Positions 26,853 to 39,334 of a stretch of 64,000 nt of DNA are shown piece by piece; position 1 is the first letter of the stretch; each line of letters begins with the position of its first letter. The position numbers and the translations under genes were made by a program. The notes under the pieces are model-generated. The model saw nothing but the letters and a program-made list of their open reading frames with translations, had not been told where the DNA came from and made no database searches. This stretch comes from Styela clava. Its lineage: Eukaryota. The stretch lies in contig NC_135253.1 of the NCBI RefSeq assembly GCF_964204865.1, forward strand, positions 3,658,001 to 3,722,000, in the 5' to 3' direction.

Positions 26853-28154
26853 TTGTAACAAAATGGATGCTAACAAGAGTTTCAGTATTTGGGTATCTTG
26901 CTATAGCTAACACAAAGCGAATTTTGAATGTAGACAATCACGGTCATCACCACACCATGTCAATATTACCGCGATGTGTGTATTCCCTACCCTGTGATTT
27001 GACGAGCTATGCCAAAACTTTTTCCAATTCTGTACTATTTTTCCATCATTTGTATTCATTCCCAATCAAAGTGTGCCTATTCTATCGTTATTGGCCGCTT
27101 CATACATCGCGGTAATGCACGATAAATGTAACATGACATTGCTTTTAAATTATTACCGATATTTTCCATTCATCATTATATTTTCTGTGTTTTTGAGATC
27201 CAATTGGAACAATATGGAGCAAGGCGCAAAAGTATATCATAAAATATTTTAGAGAGATGTTTTCGTTATACTATAAGACAGTGGTTTCCAAAGTGGTGAC
27301 CGTGAAGCTCTTACGAAGGGTCCATGAGAGAAATCTGTTATATGGCTCATAGCTTGATAATACAAAAAATGAAGTGCTATAATTTGCAAATACACATTTG
27401 CCGCCTTTTGCTGCTTTGCAATCACTGCTGGAGACACTGAATCTTCACTTTCCGGGGAGAGAGTTTATAAAGTTATGCAAGTCCGCTTCCAAATGCTGCT
27501 TTACAACGAAACAAGTGCAACCATCTCGTTAAACTTCGTCATAATATGCTTTTGTTCGTTTTATGTTTTTCACTACATGGCGCATGCGCATTAATTTTTT
27601 GTTGAGACCTTTTAATGTTTTGTTTTAGTGCACAAGGCCGTGGGCGACCACGTTGGTATCCTTAGATCTTATCACTCAATTTCTCACACCATATTACGAC
27701 CTGAGCAGTATATACCAACAAGTATTATTCTCAGTGAAACAAAGTTCATATTTATTACAAGCTTTTCCGAGCCATATATGATCCTGCGCCAATACTAACA
27801 AATCAGGTTGTCGCAATAAGAAAATACAAATTTCTAAATGTAAGCTGAAAAAACGCATAAATGCAACTATAATATAAGTTTTTTTTTGAATAAAAAAATT
27901 AAATCTAGGTTTATCAAATCTATTTAGGACTTGTTGTATTGTAAACGAATAATAGGCATAATGTTTCTATGATTAAATTTTTATAAATGTCACAGCAGAC
28001 AGCATATTTTGAAACTCCATTCAATATTCAAACTGGTTAAATCAATGAAATTGTAAAAGGTTTTCCTTTGAAGCGCCACAGATTCAATTGAACCATCGTT
28101 TTTATAAAGAGAGACTTTTAAATTCCCCCAATGTATACCGGTAATATTTTAATC

Positions 28155-28264
28155 GGACCTCCTGGAGTATGCGCACCAAGATGGTGCACAACCTGAACTC
28201 GGGTTGTGTACCAGGTTAGGGTTCAGGTTATGCGACATCTTGGTGCGCATACTTTAGGAGTACC
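28155..28264. mobile_element. 110-bp MITE in the MAP10 3' UTR
   Basis: TIRs ggacctcctggagtatgcgcaccaagatg / catcttggtgcgcatactttaggagtacc; exact 8-bp TSD TTTTAATC at 28147-28154 and 28265-28272. Confidence 0.85.
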
Positions 28265-28287
28265 TTTTAATCTCTCCAACCTATCTT

Positions 28288-31200
28288 CTATGTTGTGTAG
28301 CCAAGTTTTGTGTTAGGATCCAGTTTTGGTTTTCCATAGTAAGTTTTGGGCCCATCTGAAGGCATATCAATTTTAGGTTTTTGAATATATCTTGCACCAC
28401 TTTGCGAGTCCGTCTCCTCGCTTAATATATCACTAAGGTTTTCCAGATCTTCAGACATCCTAACATTACTTATATCACTAATGTCAGATGGCTGGTAAGA
28501 GCTAACTGAATCAGAACGTCTTATTGGGCTTACTGGCTTCTCAAAATCTGAAGATCCAGAACCCGAACTAGTCGGTCTTGTTTTTCTTCCTGGATGATGG
28601 TAGATCCTTCTAATCCTTTCTCTTGATGATTCTGGAGATGAAATTGGAGAGAACCTCCTTGTAGAAGGAGGAGATGGAGTCATCCTTGAAGGTTTTGGAG
28701 GAGGAGGTTGATTTATTCCTCGCTTTGATGATGGAGGTTCTTTGATTGTCTTTGGAAGATGTACTTCTTTTTTTAGTGACTTTTTCTTTGAATGTTTGGT
28801 CGATTTTGAAGTGAGGCTGTGCTTTTCAGGCAATGGAAACTGCTCTGTGCTACCAGATTCTGTATTGATTGACTGGATAATTGGAGAATCAGAAGGAATA
28901 GGTCCGGGTACCGTAATGTTGCCTACTTTCACATCTCTAGGATCAGATTTTTTCTTCATGAGAGCTGTAACTATCGACCCCTTTGAAACCGACGATGTAT
29001 CGATTGCATCATCAGATGATGTGGTTAGCCTTTGTGCACTTGCACTCCTCAACTCTCCTACTTGCTTTATGATTTCCTCTCCATAACTGTCAGTAAAATC
29101 AGAAGTTCTAGTAGTTGTGATTGTTGAATCAAAGGATTTTGATGGAAATGGTGCAATTGGTTTTCGCTTCTCTTCCGTACTCTCTTCTTCTTCCTCCTCA
29201 TCTTCCTCTTTGATAATCATTGTTGAGTTGATAGGTGTGAGTGCAGAGGGAGTACGATTTGCAGACCAGGTTTTATCATCTTCAAAATCATCTGAATATC
29301 TGTATCTTTCTGATACAGAAACGTCAGATGCTGCCTGTTTTTCATCGGTTTCCATTGCCAATTTCATGTATCTTTCATCTTTCAATTGTTCGTTAGGATA
29401 TTCAGGAGGAGTGTGAAATCCTGCTTCTTCTTCCTCTTCTTCTATTTTGTTTTTCTTGAAAAGTTTTTCTTTATCACTAGAGGTGGATTCCCAATCAGCA
29501 TCATCATCATCTTTACCCAGAGTAAATTCTGTTGATGCAGTTGGGAGGTGAATCTCAATACTTCTCTGGCTTTGTCGACTGTGCACTCTCGGAGTACCTA
29601 GATCTTTTACAATCATGAGATCTTCTATTCCGACATCCACCTCTTTTTCATCTTTGTCCAGTGATTGTTCATATCGAGATTCTGACGTCAGATGACCCAT
29701 CGAGGGAACATCCATATCAGTTGCCTCTTCATAACCTTTGTAATAATGTAAAAAAGAACTTGAAACTTAAAAAAGAAAAACTCACTTAAAACAGGATAGC
29801 AGATAGTGTGACAGATTACTTTAGAAGAGTATATATTCGTTCGTTAATTTACATATTTGTTGGGTTGGAGACAATCGGGCGTGTGATGCCAAGAAACTAC
29901 CTATAATAATCTACACTATCTGAGAAATATTTGAAACAAATCTAAAAAACATCTTACCTGCCATTCGTCCAAGATAGACAGTTTGTTGCTGAACATTTGT
30001 TGCTGGCATTCTGCGATACATGCTGCTATCAGGACCACTCGCAGTCGTGATCATTTTAACATGTTTGCTTCCAGCTGCAAATTGCTGTTTAATTGTGTAT
30101 GTCTGACCCAAGTTTGATTGTTTCACAGATTTCATACTTGAGCGTAAGGGCTTTCGTTCAGGAGTGAAAACATATTGATCTCTTTCCCTTATGGTAGTCT
30201 TATTCATAGCCATTCTGAGACGCATAGAGTTTGTGAGTCCAAACTTGAGTGGTTGTTTACGATCAGGCTGTCTCTTTATTGTTTTCGATCCAGCTAAAAA
30301 TGGTTTTACGGATTTCTTAGTTTGTACAGGTAAAGTGGTTTTCTCCATATCTTGTACATTTGGAACTGGTGTTTCAGGAGGTTTAGATTCATTCAGACCC
30401 AACCTAACAACTTCCTCAACCAATGCTCTTAATATTGGAAAGTCATTGAGAGATGATGATATCCCTGCCGATACACCTTTCTCTGTTTGTGTAGCGTGAC
30501 TTGATACAAATCCATTACGACTTGGAGATTTACAAACAACAGATGAGGGAATGATAATTTTGTTTCTCTCATTATTGTCAAGGTCAGACATTGTCAGAGA
30601 AGTTTCAGGTCTGTATTGTACTTTATGCGATATTGCTTGCTTCTGTTTCTTATAATAGCTTCTTTCTATATCATCAGAATTCCTATCATAATAAAGAGCA
30701 GGAGGACAAAAAATATTTTCAGTAGAACCCAGTGCCTCCCGAGTTGGCTGAATAGGAATTTGGACATACTTCGATGGCATGTTACGTTTAGTTGTTTGTG
30801 TTGCTCCAGATGAAAGCAATTTCTCTTTAGAATTATTAACTTTGTATGATTTTACATTTTCTTTGTTACTGTCATCGTCAAATTTAATTGATTTTGTAAC
30901 CTGACTTTTTTCAGGTGCATGTATATCAAAAATTGGTGAGGAAGCTCTGTCATTAATTTTCTTAGAAGTTGAAAGGCTTTTTTTAGATATAATAGGTGAA
31001 TTTTCAAGTTTTATAGGCTCAGAAATTCCCGACACATGTTGTAACATCATTACTCCAAGACTTGTCAATCTCACACCCATTTCCATTTCACCAACTTTAT
31101 TTCCCATGAGATTATACAACGGAAATACATCTCTCTCTCCATCGGCAGAAGGGACTTCGATGCCAGTTTCTGAAACATTCCGCACAATCCTTCTAATCGC

Positions 31201-31596
31201 GTTTTCAAGGCTAAGGGCAAAAGAAGCAACAAGTCTGGGTGTTTTTGGTAAAACATCCATCAGCATAACATACACAGGGATACTGCATAGACTTTCTTCC
31301 AGTTCAGTTATCTTCATTTTTATTAAACATGATTTCCCATTTGTAAAAGAATAAGTTCCTGTACTATATTGTAACTCCAACATTTGTGGTGTTTTTATTG
31401 TTGAATCAGGATTGTTCTCAACATAGTCTTTCACCTTTTGCAATTCATCATCTGTGATTAAATTCAAGTCAAGCGGCGGATAATCTAGCAATCGAACAGA
31501 AATGGAAGGAATTCGACAAACAACAGCACGTTTGAGAAAAACTGTTTTTACAGCAACCCCAAAGGAAAAAAGTGATGCTGTTTCCGAAGTAGCCAT
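28288..31596 (-). CDS. MAP10: Microtubule-associated protein 10 (KIAA1383)-like, 1028 aa; exons 31596-29958 and 29735-28288
   Basis: N-terminal C2-like region matches the recalled MAP10 pattern (LFSF..V, VRLLDYP, F.NGKSCL, FPLYNLMG.KVG.....RLT.LG..ML.H), followed by a long low-complexity Ser/Pro/Lys/acidic tail. Phase-1 GT-AG intron (GCAG|gtaag...caaag|GT); total 3087 nt. Confidence 0.85.
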
Positions 31597-32576
31597 AGAG
31601 TAGATTTTTAAACTGTTAGGAAGAACAGTGAATAGATAACAAAATTACCGCTAAATAACGTATCATTGCAAAATACAAATGCCCTCACTACCACACTAAA
31701 AACAGTATAAACGTTATAATTTGAATTATTCATTAGTACACTTCTGACAACAGGACAGTCGATGGAGTGCACACTTTTAAGACAAGGTTATGAATTCTCA
31801 TATGTAACATATCGGCCTACATAATTTATTCAGACTGTGTCAGTGTGTACGGATGTATAATGTTTTCTGTCATAGGTTGTTGCTATTTTATAATTACATT
31901 TATATATTACTGGGATAATGTGTTATACCATAATGTGTGGTACCATAGTAATTTACAAAGTTATCACAACAATGCATCTATGGAACCAATTGGGGATTTT
32001 TGTAATAATTTGCAATGTTACACTTTAATGTTCCCTATATTCAAAACTGCATGCTGCCTTTCATCCACACATTTTTTTATTTGTTTTGTACATTTGTTAA
32101 TTGTTCGTGAATTTTTGTGTTTCTAAAAGCAAACTACGTGTCCTAGTCTATATCTTTTCACTTATTTAGATTTGTGCTATACACAGACAGACCCAGAATT
32201 TGCAGCATTCAAAATCAGCTTCATTTATTTATAAATATATATATATAAGTTCTGGGGCTAATTCTGGTAGTCTCTCAATAAACCATAATTGGATATGAAC
32301 ATGTGGATCGTTAAATTGTCATCAATCAAAGACGAAAGAAGTTGTTAGAAGTTTATTACATTTAATTATCTATCTAAATTTTGCTGTTTTTTTAGATTGC
32401 GTTAAAAGTATTGCCATATTCTGAATCGCCTTTACTCTTTGTGTTTACTCTTGTGTTTTATTTTTTTGGTGGGTGGGCATGTACTTGTACGCTTTTTAAA
32501 CTTTATTTCAAGTTATGCTCGCCTCCCAGGTATCTCTGCATTTTGTTTGTATGTTTACTTTTTGTGTTGTTCGGCA

Positions 32577-32909
32577 CGGCCGTGTGGCTCAACGGGCTAA
32601 GCGTTAGGAATATGCTCGCCACCGCACCTCTAATTACTCTGCGTGGGTTCGCAGGTTCGAATCCCATGCAGGGATGGTTATGTGCGAGAGGATTGCTGGA
32701 CTCCTCACCGTCGTTGGGTGGTTCACGTAACCGCTGTTCGGTTACAGCTTCCACCACCACCAAGTCCATGCTTCCGAAAACAAACAATATAACTAATCCC
32801 ATACTCGACTTGGAATGGTAACCGGACGAGAGGCCGTGGTTCGCTATATGGATAAGCCGTCTTATCGGCTTTCCTCTCCCCTGGGATAAATATGTAAATC
32901 CTATCCTAT
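32577..32909 (+). mobile_element. tRNA-derived SINE, full length
   Basis: Pol III A box (TGGCTCAACGGG) and B box (GGTTCGAATCC), ~330-bp body and (atcct)n tail; highly similar copy at 37870. Confidence 0.85.
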
Positions 32910-33540
32910 GTCAGAGAACCGAAATAAAATGATTGATTATAAAAACAGAATTAGGGAAGCAAGCAAAATCTAAGGTCATGTAAGTCAGAAAGTAGCCTAC
33001 CATAGAGAAACAAATTACCGGTAATATTAAAATGATAAACCACACAACAGTTATTTTGCTATAGACTGGGACATGGCGATACTACCAAAGCCACCCCCGT
33101 AGGTACGGTACCTAATCGAAGTCAGCCACCACCCATTCTAGTATATACAATACAGTTATAATCAATTTCATATTGTTAGCATTCGTGCGGCCCTGTTACA
33201 TTTGCCATTCTAGCCGAATGATTATTAAAGAAATAGAGGAATACCGTACGGTATTCGCCCCCCCCTAGATAAATTTATAAATCCTATATCTATCCTACTA
33301 GTACTACAGTGCTAACGCTCATACCTGGCTACGGTTTCATCAAAGTGACTATAACACTATTTGGGTTTCACAGCACATATGAACATTTGATGTCGGCAAG
33401 TTGTGCTTCCTGAACCAGTGAACTGTTACATTGTTTATGTCATAAATGTAGCGGTTATAGGGTAAATGCGCGTTAGTGATCAGAATAGTTTACCCAATTT
33501 TAGACTCTGTTTAAGATTATTCGCAAACAGAAAAATTTTC

Positions 33541-33615
33541 TACCGTGTGTCTTTCCCCGAAAAAAAGACTGGATCATATTTCATTTGTTTTTCGAAAAAT
33601 ACCACTAGTGCTTTG
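33541..33615 (+). mobile_element. pogo/Tigger-like terminus
   Basis: TA followed by CCGTG..TTTCCCCGAAAAAAAGAC; the same family end is seen inverted at about 42500-42600. Confidence 0.45.
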
Positions 33616-34859
33616 GGAAGGGGATATTTTTTTATTTTCATTTATCAAAAACAAAATTACTATAGCCCTCTCCGGGCCCCTTTATCTTTTAGCAGTGTGG
33701 AAAATCTGCTATTTAGTGAAAGCAATAATTTTAGGTCCAATATGATAATTTTTTAGTTCAACTTCTGTCCAGAAAGGACTAATTCTAAGAGATCACATAT
33801 ATGTTGTATAAGGGCGGATTAGGCCCCCTTGGTGCCCTAAGCACTGAAAACTTGTTGTATTTTCCGCATCTCGCGTTTAATGTCGCTTTAAATTATATTC
33901 TTTCGTGACAGATATTACTTGAAATCAAACCAGAAACTGTGGAATGGAAAAGGGGAATACGGTTCCGCCGTGTTTTCCTTATGTCACATTTCTTGTGACA
34001 CTCATTTTATTACGAATTGTTATATTTGAGCAATGAGCATATATACAATGAGTGGAAACTTGCAAAGATTTGCTCATTTTGGTATTGTTCCCTGCATTTT
34101 TACGTCGTCCAGCTAAATGGTTCGTTGCATATTAAGAAAACGCATTTGCTCGCTGCCAAAATCCCTTGCTTCAGCCGAGTCGGGTGCGAAATTGGCCGTA
34201 TTGAGGTCTGTAATTCTTCAATACATATTTGGTTTTGGGTTTCGAAGTATGGTACGCTGAAAGCATACAGCTATGAGCATGTGCTTGTTGTGAATGCATA
34301 TCTATTAGGCAGAAAACGTATCTACAGAACAGAATATGAACCAGTCGCCGAGAGGGGTGCGGTTATTTATGTATTTATTCATTGATATAACATGGGATTT
34401 ACATATTTATCCATGGGAGAGGAAAAACGAGTATAATGCTTAAATACATGGCGAACCACGGCCTCTCACAATCATAGCTCTGTCCTCCATATGAATCACA
34501 TGGCTCTGCGAGCTATTCGTTTACCTATTAAAAATACTGAGTTTAACTATAAATTACTCTGGGATACCTGGTATCTTGCCTTTAAAAACAAAAGCCAGAA
34601 ATTGGAAGAAAATCAGGGAATGAAATGTGTGTATTATGTAATGGAGAACCTGAGTTTGTTTCACATATTTTCATGTATTGTAAAGCACAAAAAATATTTA
34701 TGAAGATTTTGTTTTAGATATATTAAAATTGATTAGAATACATTTTGTTATCAATATGATTCTTGCATATCATTTACTTTTAACGATCCTTTTATGTAGT
34801 CATATAGATACTGTTGGTTTGGATGCAATTATACTTTTGTTATCAATAGTGAGAAATAT

Positions 34860-35270
34860 TTCAGGACTGCTATTAACTATGTGAGCTATTTTTTCTGCAA
34901 TGCAAAATACATCCTGCGTCTGCTATTTACTATGTGAATTAATTTTTCTGTAATGTAAAGTATTTCCATAACTGCTTTTACTATGTGGGCTGTTTTTTCG
35001 GTACTCTTGTAGTATGTGTACCAGGTTAGGTTACGATTCTCCTTATTTTCGTTCTATTAAAAGTTCGGAAATTGTCTGTGTTACACAAGTGAATATCCAT
35101 CCCCCTACCGATAGAATTTAGTCCATTTACACAACTTGATATAAAATAGGCGAACAAAATTAGTTACCTTCATATTGGTACACATACTTCTGGAGCACCA
35201 TTTTTTTGTAATGTAAAATATTTAATATGTGAACTAATTTTTTTGGAATGCAAAATATTTTCTACAGCTT
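34860..35270 (+). repeat. Degenerate ~57-bp tandem repeat interrupted by a MITE (about 34999-35199)
   Basis: Recurrent 'ctgctatt.actatgtg.....tttttctg.aatg.aaa.ta'; the insert has ends ggtactcttgtagtatgtgtacca / tggtacacatacttctggagcacc, related to the 28155 MITE. Confidence 0.6.
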
Positions 35271-36274
35271 CTGTATTTTTTATATGTCACTTTTCATTTC
35301 ATCGATAATACACATGGTCTGGCACATTGTTCATTCTTTGTGAAGTTTTTGGTAAATTTACAGATGGAATAAGACCGACATTCAGCTTTTTTCTGTTTTA
35401 CAACTGTAATACAAATTGAAGTATGTAGTAAACCCAGTTGGTAGACACCGGAACCATGTGTACCAGGTTAGGGTCTACTACATACAAACATTCCCAAACT
35501 TTTCAAGCTGCACCCCCTTTTTAGAATTTGTGAAGTCTTGCGCCCCACCTCAAAATAGTTAGCTAACAATAATAAGCTACAAATAACAGTAGTAACAGTA
35601 AGGCATAAGTACGTTTTATTGGAAAAACAGTTGAAAATACATGGATGGAACGAAATAAATGACAAGTTTTGATATGCAAATATTTACAGTATTTTAAACT
35701 AATAGAGAGAGAGAGTTTATTTCGTTCGTTAAACCATGAACATATATAAATTATAATAAAAAAAAACAGATGCTCAGGTGTTTGACTGGGAGACAACGTT
35801 ACAACATTTGGGGTCATTTAACAGGTTCGGTGTTAAATTCTTCAATAGCTCTCATATACCGTATTCACTATATACATTATTCACAAGAATTTTTGATTTG
35901 GAAAGTACTAAATAATCATGTTTTGTCCTAAGATCATCATTTATTCACCTGATAAGTTGACATGTATTGCATATCAACTGCATAAAAATGGGTTAGCGAG
36001 GATACCTATTATTTGGAAAATATGTCTACTAAAAATGAATGTGATAGGACATGGGCAAAGATGAGGAAAATTCTATTATTATAGCACTTTAATTATAAAC
36101 ATTTGATAATAGTAATGAAATCATGAGTAGATTTCTTTATACACTATAATTTGAACACATCAAATTATAATACTTGATTATGACTGGCAAGTGATTTGGA
36201 GGATAGTGACACACATTAATACATGATCAGGATTTGACCCTTTTCCAGCAGATATATATATATATATATATATG

Positions 36275-36720
36275 AAATAAAGTGCTCATGTACATATCTA
36301 TATTCGGCTACAGAGCACGTATCATAGAATGAATTTTAAGGCGAAATATTGATAATATACTGAAATAGCAATGATAAACAATAGGTTATTTTTAAATAAG
36401 TATTACCGGTACTAAAAAATAAATAAAGTGCTCATATACATATAGATATTTGGATACAGAGCAAGTATCATAGAATAAAATTTAAAGCAAAAAACTGATT
36501 AAATACCAGAATAGCAAGTATAATAAACCTTAAGATACTTTTAAATGAAGTATTACTAAAAAATAAATAATGTGGTCATGTACATAGATATTTGGATACA
36601 GAGAAAGTGTCATTGAATTTAGGGCGAAATATGGATGCAAGTATGATAAACAATTTGATATTTTTATAAAAAGTGTTACTAACAAATAAAATAATAGATT
36701 ATGGAGTTCCAGCAAGTGTG
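36275..36720 (+). repeat. Three diverged tandem copies of a ~145-bp unit
   Basis: 'aaataaagtgctcat.tacata...atatt.gg.tacagagca.gtatcatagaat' recurs at about 36275, 36421 and 36565. Confidence 0.7.
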
Positions 36721-37412
36721 CTCATAACAAATAAAAAGATAGCAATTCATTTACCACAGTGAATTAAATTCATTACACATTACTACTTGCTATAACACGG
36801 CGGGCACATGATACTCATCGTGTTTTAAACTTTTTTAAAGGTTTTGCTCGCTCTCCAGAACTCTCCATTTTTTATTTGTTTGTATTGTCAGATTGTGGAC
36901 TTTTCAAAATAAACTATCTATATCAATGAATACAATATCCCAGGTCACCACTTGGCTGGTTCATATTCTGTTCTGTAGTTAGGTTTTCTGCCTAATAAAT
37001 GGTATGTATTCCCAATAAGCATTACAGTATGCTCATTCGTTCACTCAATGAGTGATTTTAATTACGGTTAATATAAATAAGTTCATATTCCATGTTGCAT
37101 CCATGATTCAGTATTTATTTTGTTTAATTCCAGTAGTAATCCATACCATAATTAGGTTATTTTAATAAATGCATTGATATAAAACAATAAAAATGAAATT
37201 AGTAAATATAAAATACATATCATAAACATATAATTTTCTTTTTGAAATAACGCTTTACATAAATTTTTCAATTCCCTCTCAAATGGGTTGTTTATTCTAT
37301 AATTCTCTATATTTTTCTACATATTATGGCCATTTTTATCTGCTTTTTGAGAAAGGCAAAATGGGGTGTTTTATTTTCGAATATAATAGAATTTCTCATG
37401 GTCAAAATTTTA

Positions 37413-37745
37413 TATCTCACTATTGATTACAAAAGTATAATTGCATCCAAATCAACAGTATCTATATGACTATATAAAGGATCGTTGAAATTAAATAATA
37501 TGCAAGAATCATATTGATAACAAAATGTATTCTAATCAATTTTAATATATCTAAAACAAAATCCTCATAAATATTTTTTGTAAATTTACAATACATGAAA
37601 ATATGTGAAACAAACTCAGGTTCTTCATTACATAATACACACATTTCATTCTCTGCTATTCTTCCAATTTCTGGCTTTTGTTTTCAATGGCAAGATATCC
37701 CAGAGAAATAGTTGAAATCAGTATTTTTAATAAGTAAACGAATAG
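37413..37745 (-). mobile_element. Non-LTR retrotransposon (L1/Tx1-like) ORF2 C-terminal fossil; mirror copy at about 34510-34858 (+)
   Basis: ENEMCVLCNEEPEFVSHIFMYC is the CX2CX8HX4C zinc knuckle found downstream of RT; the mirror copy has FNYKLLW upstream of it. Confidence 0.65.
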
Positions 37746-37869
37746 CTCGCAGAGCCATGTGATTCATATGGAGGACAGAGCTATGATTGAGAGAGGCCGT
37801 GGTTTGCCATATATTTAGGCATTCTTCTCGGCTTTCCTCTACCCTTGGATAAATATGTAAATCCCATGC

Positions 37870-38220
37870 GCGGCGGTGTGGCTCAACGGGCTAAGCGTTA
37901 GGAATACGCTCGCCACCGCACCTCTAATTACTCTGCATGGGTCCGCAGGTTCGAATCCCATGCAGGGATGGTTATGTGCAAGAGGATTGCTGGACTCCTC
38001 GCCGCCGTTGGGTGATTCACGTAACCGCTGGTCGGTTACGGCTTCCTCCACCAACAAGTCCATGCTTCCGAAAACAAACAATATAACTAATCCCATGCCC
38101 GACTTGGAATGGTAACCGGACGAGAGGCCGTGGTTCGCCATATGGATAAGTCGTCTTATCGGCTTTCCTTTCCCCCGGGATAAATATGTAAATCCTTATC
38201 CTTATCCTCATTATCCTAAT
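37870..38220 (+). mobile_element. tRNA-derived SINE, full length, inserted at the tail of a 5'-truncated copy of the same SINE (about 37790-37868)
   Basis: A and B boxes as at 32577; absent from the left arm of the inverted duplication. Confidence 0.85.
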
Positions 38221-39334
38221 AAATACATACCGGTAAATAACCGCACCCCACTGGGCGACTGGTTCATATTCTGTACTGTAGCTACGTTTTCTGTCTAATA
38301 GATATGCATTCCCAATAAGCATATGCTCATAGTTGTATGCTTTCAGCGTACCATACTTCGAAACCCAAAACCAAATATGTATTGAAGAATTAAAGACCTC
38401 AATACGGCCAATTTCGCACCCGACTCGGCTGAAGCAAGGGATTTTGGCAGCGAGCAATGCGTTTTCTTAATATGCAACGAACCATTTAGCCGGACGACGT
38501 AAAAAATGCAGGGAACAATACCAAAATGAGCAAATCTTTGCAAGTTTCCACTCATTGTATATATGCTCATTGATTTGAGTAATTAAGCTTGCAGCTTGAG
38601 CAAGCTTAGTGCCATCGTCAAATACCAACCAAGTATTTCGGGACCTAGCTAAAAAGAAACTGGATTGCGCGTAGTGAAGTCGGCTCTGCGTTTCGTCACT
38701 ACTGTCACATGGCCCATGCTTGAAAACAGATGAGGGTTTTTACTAAAATTAAGGAACAAAGCGTTAGAAAAAGGGTTTGCATCTCGGGATCCCAACCTCA
38801 GTTGAAATAGCTGAAAAACGTTGTGCTATTAGATACAAATATACGCTATAATTGTTCTGTGAGCCGCACGGAATGTATCAGCATGACAGGGTTTGGACCA
38901 CCCTGGTCTACCTTATCAAAAATCTCCCGATTTCGCTGACCACTAGATCGTTGAAATGCGATCGTGGAACCGCCTCATAGTGCAAATAGTTCATTGGTCC
39001 AATTGTTGAGGAAAAAAAAATGTTTTAAAACAAAAATGCAGCAACAATGAGAATACTAGGAAGCGAGGAAAAACAATTTAAGAAAACGACTCATAGGCCC
39101 ATTTCGTGCGTTCAATGAATAAGTTTCAGTTTTTTTTTTTTCAATATAGAAAATTAATATGATACTAAATAAGCGAACATTTTGAAGTTTGAGTCGTCTG
39201 GTGAACTCGTAATATTTTAATGAACTGCAACAAACTATATAAAATTCTGCTCTAAAATTTCTGTGGTGCCCCTTTTTGGTTGGTGCCCTAAGCACGTGCT
39301 TATATTGTTTAATCGTTAATGCGGCGCTGATGTT

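Larger units (their letters stand above)
34031..38572. repeat. Large inverted duplication: arms 34031-34858 and 37413-38572 (right arm interrupted by a SINE)
   Basis: 'caatgagcatatatacaatgagtggaaacttgcaaagatttgctc...' at 34031 is the reverse complement of the sequence ending at 38572; the alignment continues through 'catgggatttacatatttatcc' and 'gaacctgagtttgtttcacatattttcatgtattg' to 'caatagtgaga'. Confidence 0.9.

Noticed and set aside
28742-31354. Plus-strand ORFs opposite MAP10
   Set aside because: Antisense shadows of the coding exons.
32577-32670. tRNA gene (A and B boxes present; also at 37870)
   Set aside because: No convincing cloverleaf or terminator; continues into a multicopy ~330-bp SINE body.
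34100-34260. snRNA or SL RNA gene in the inverted-repeat arm
   Set aside because: No match to recalled U1, U2, U4, U5, U11, U12 or ascidian SL sequences; needs an Infernal search.
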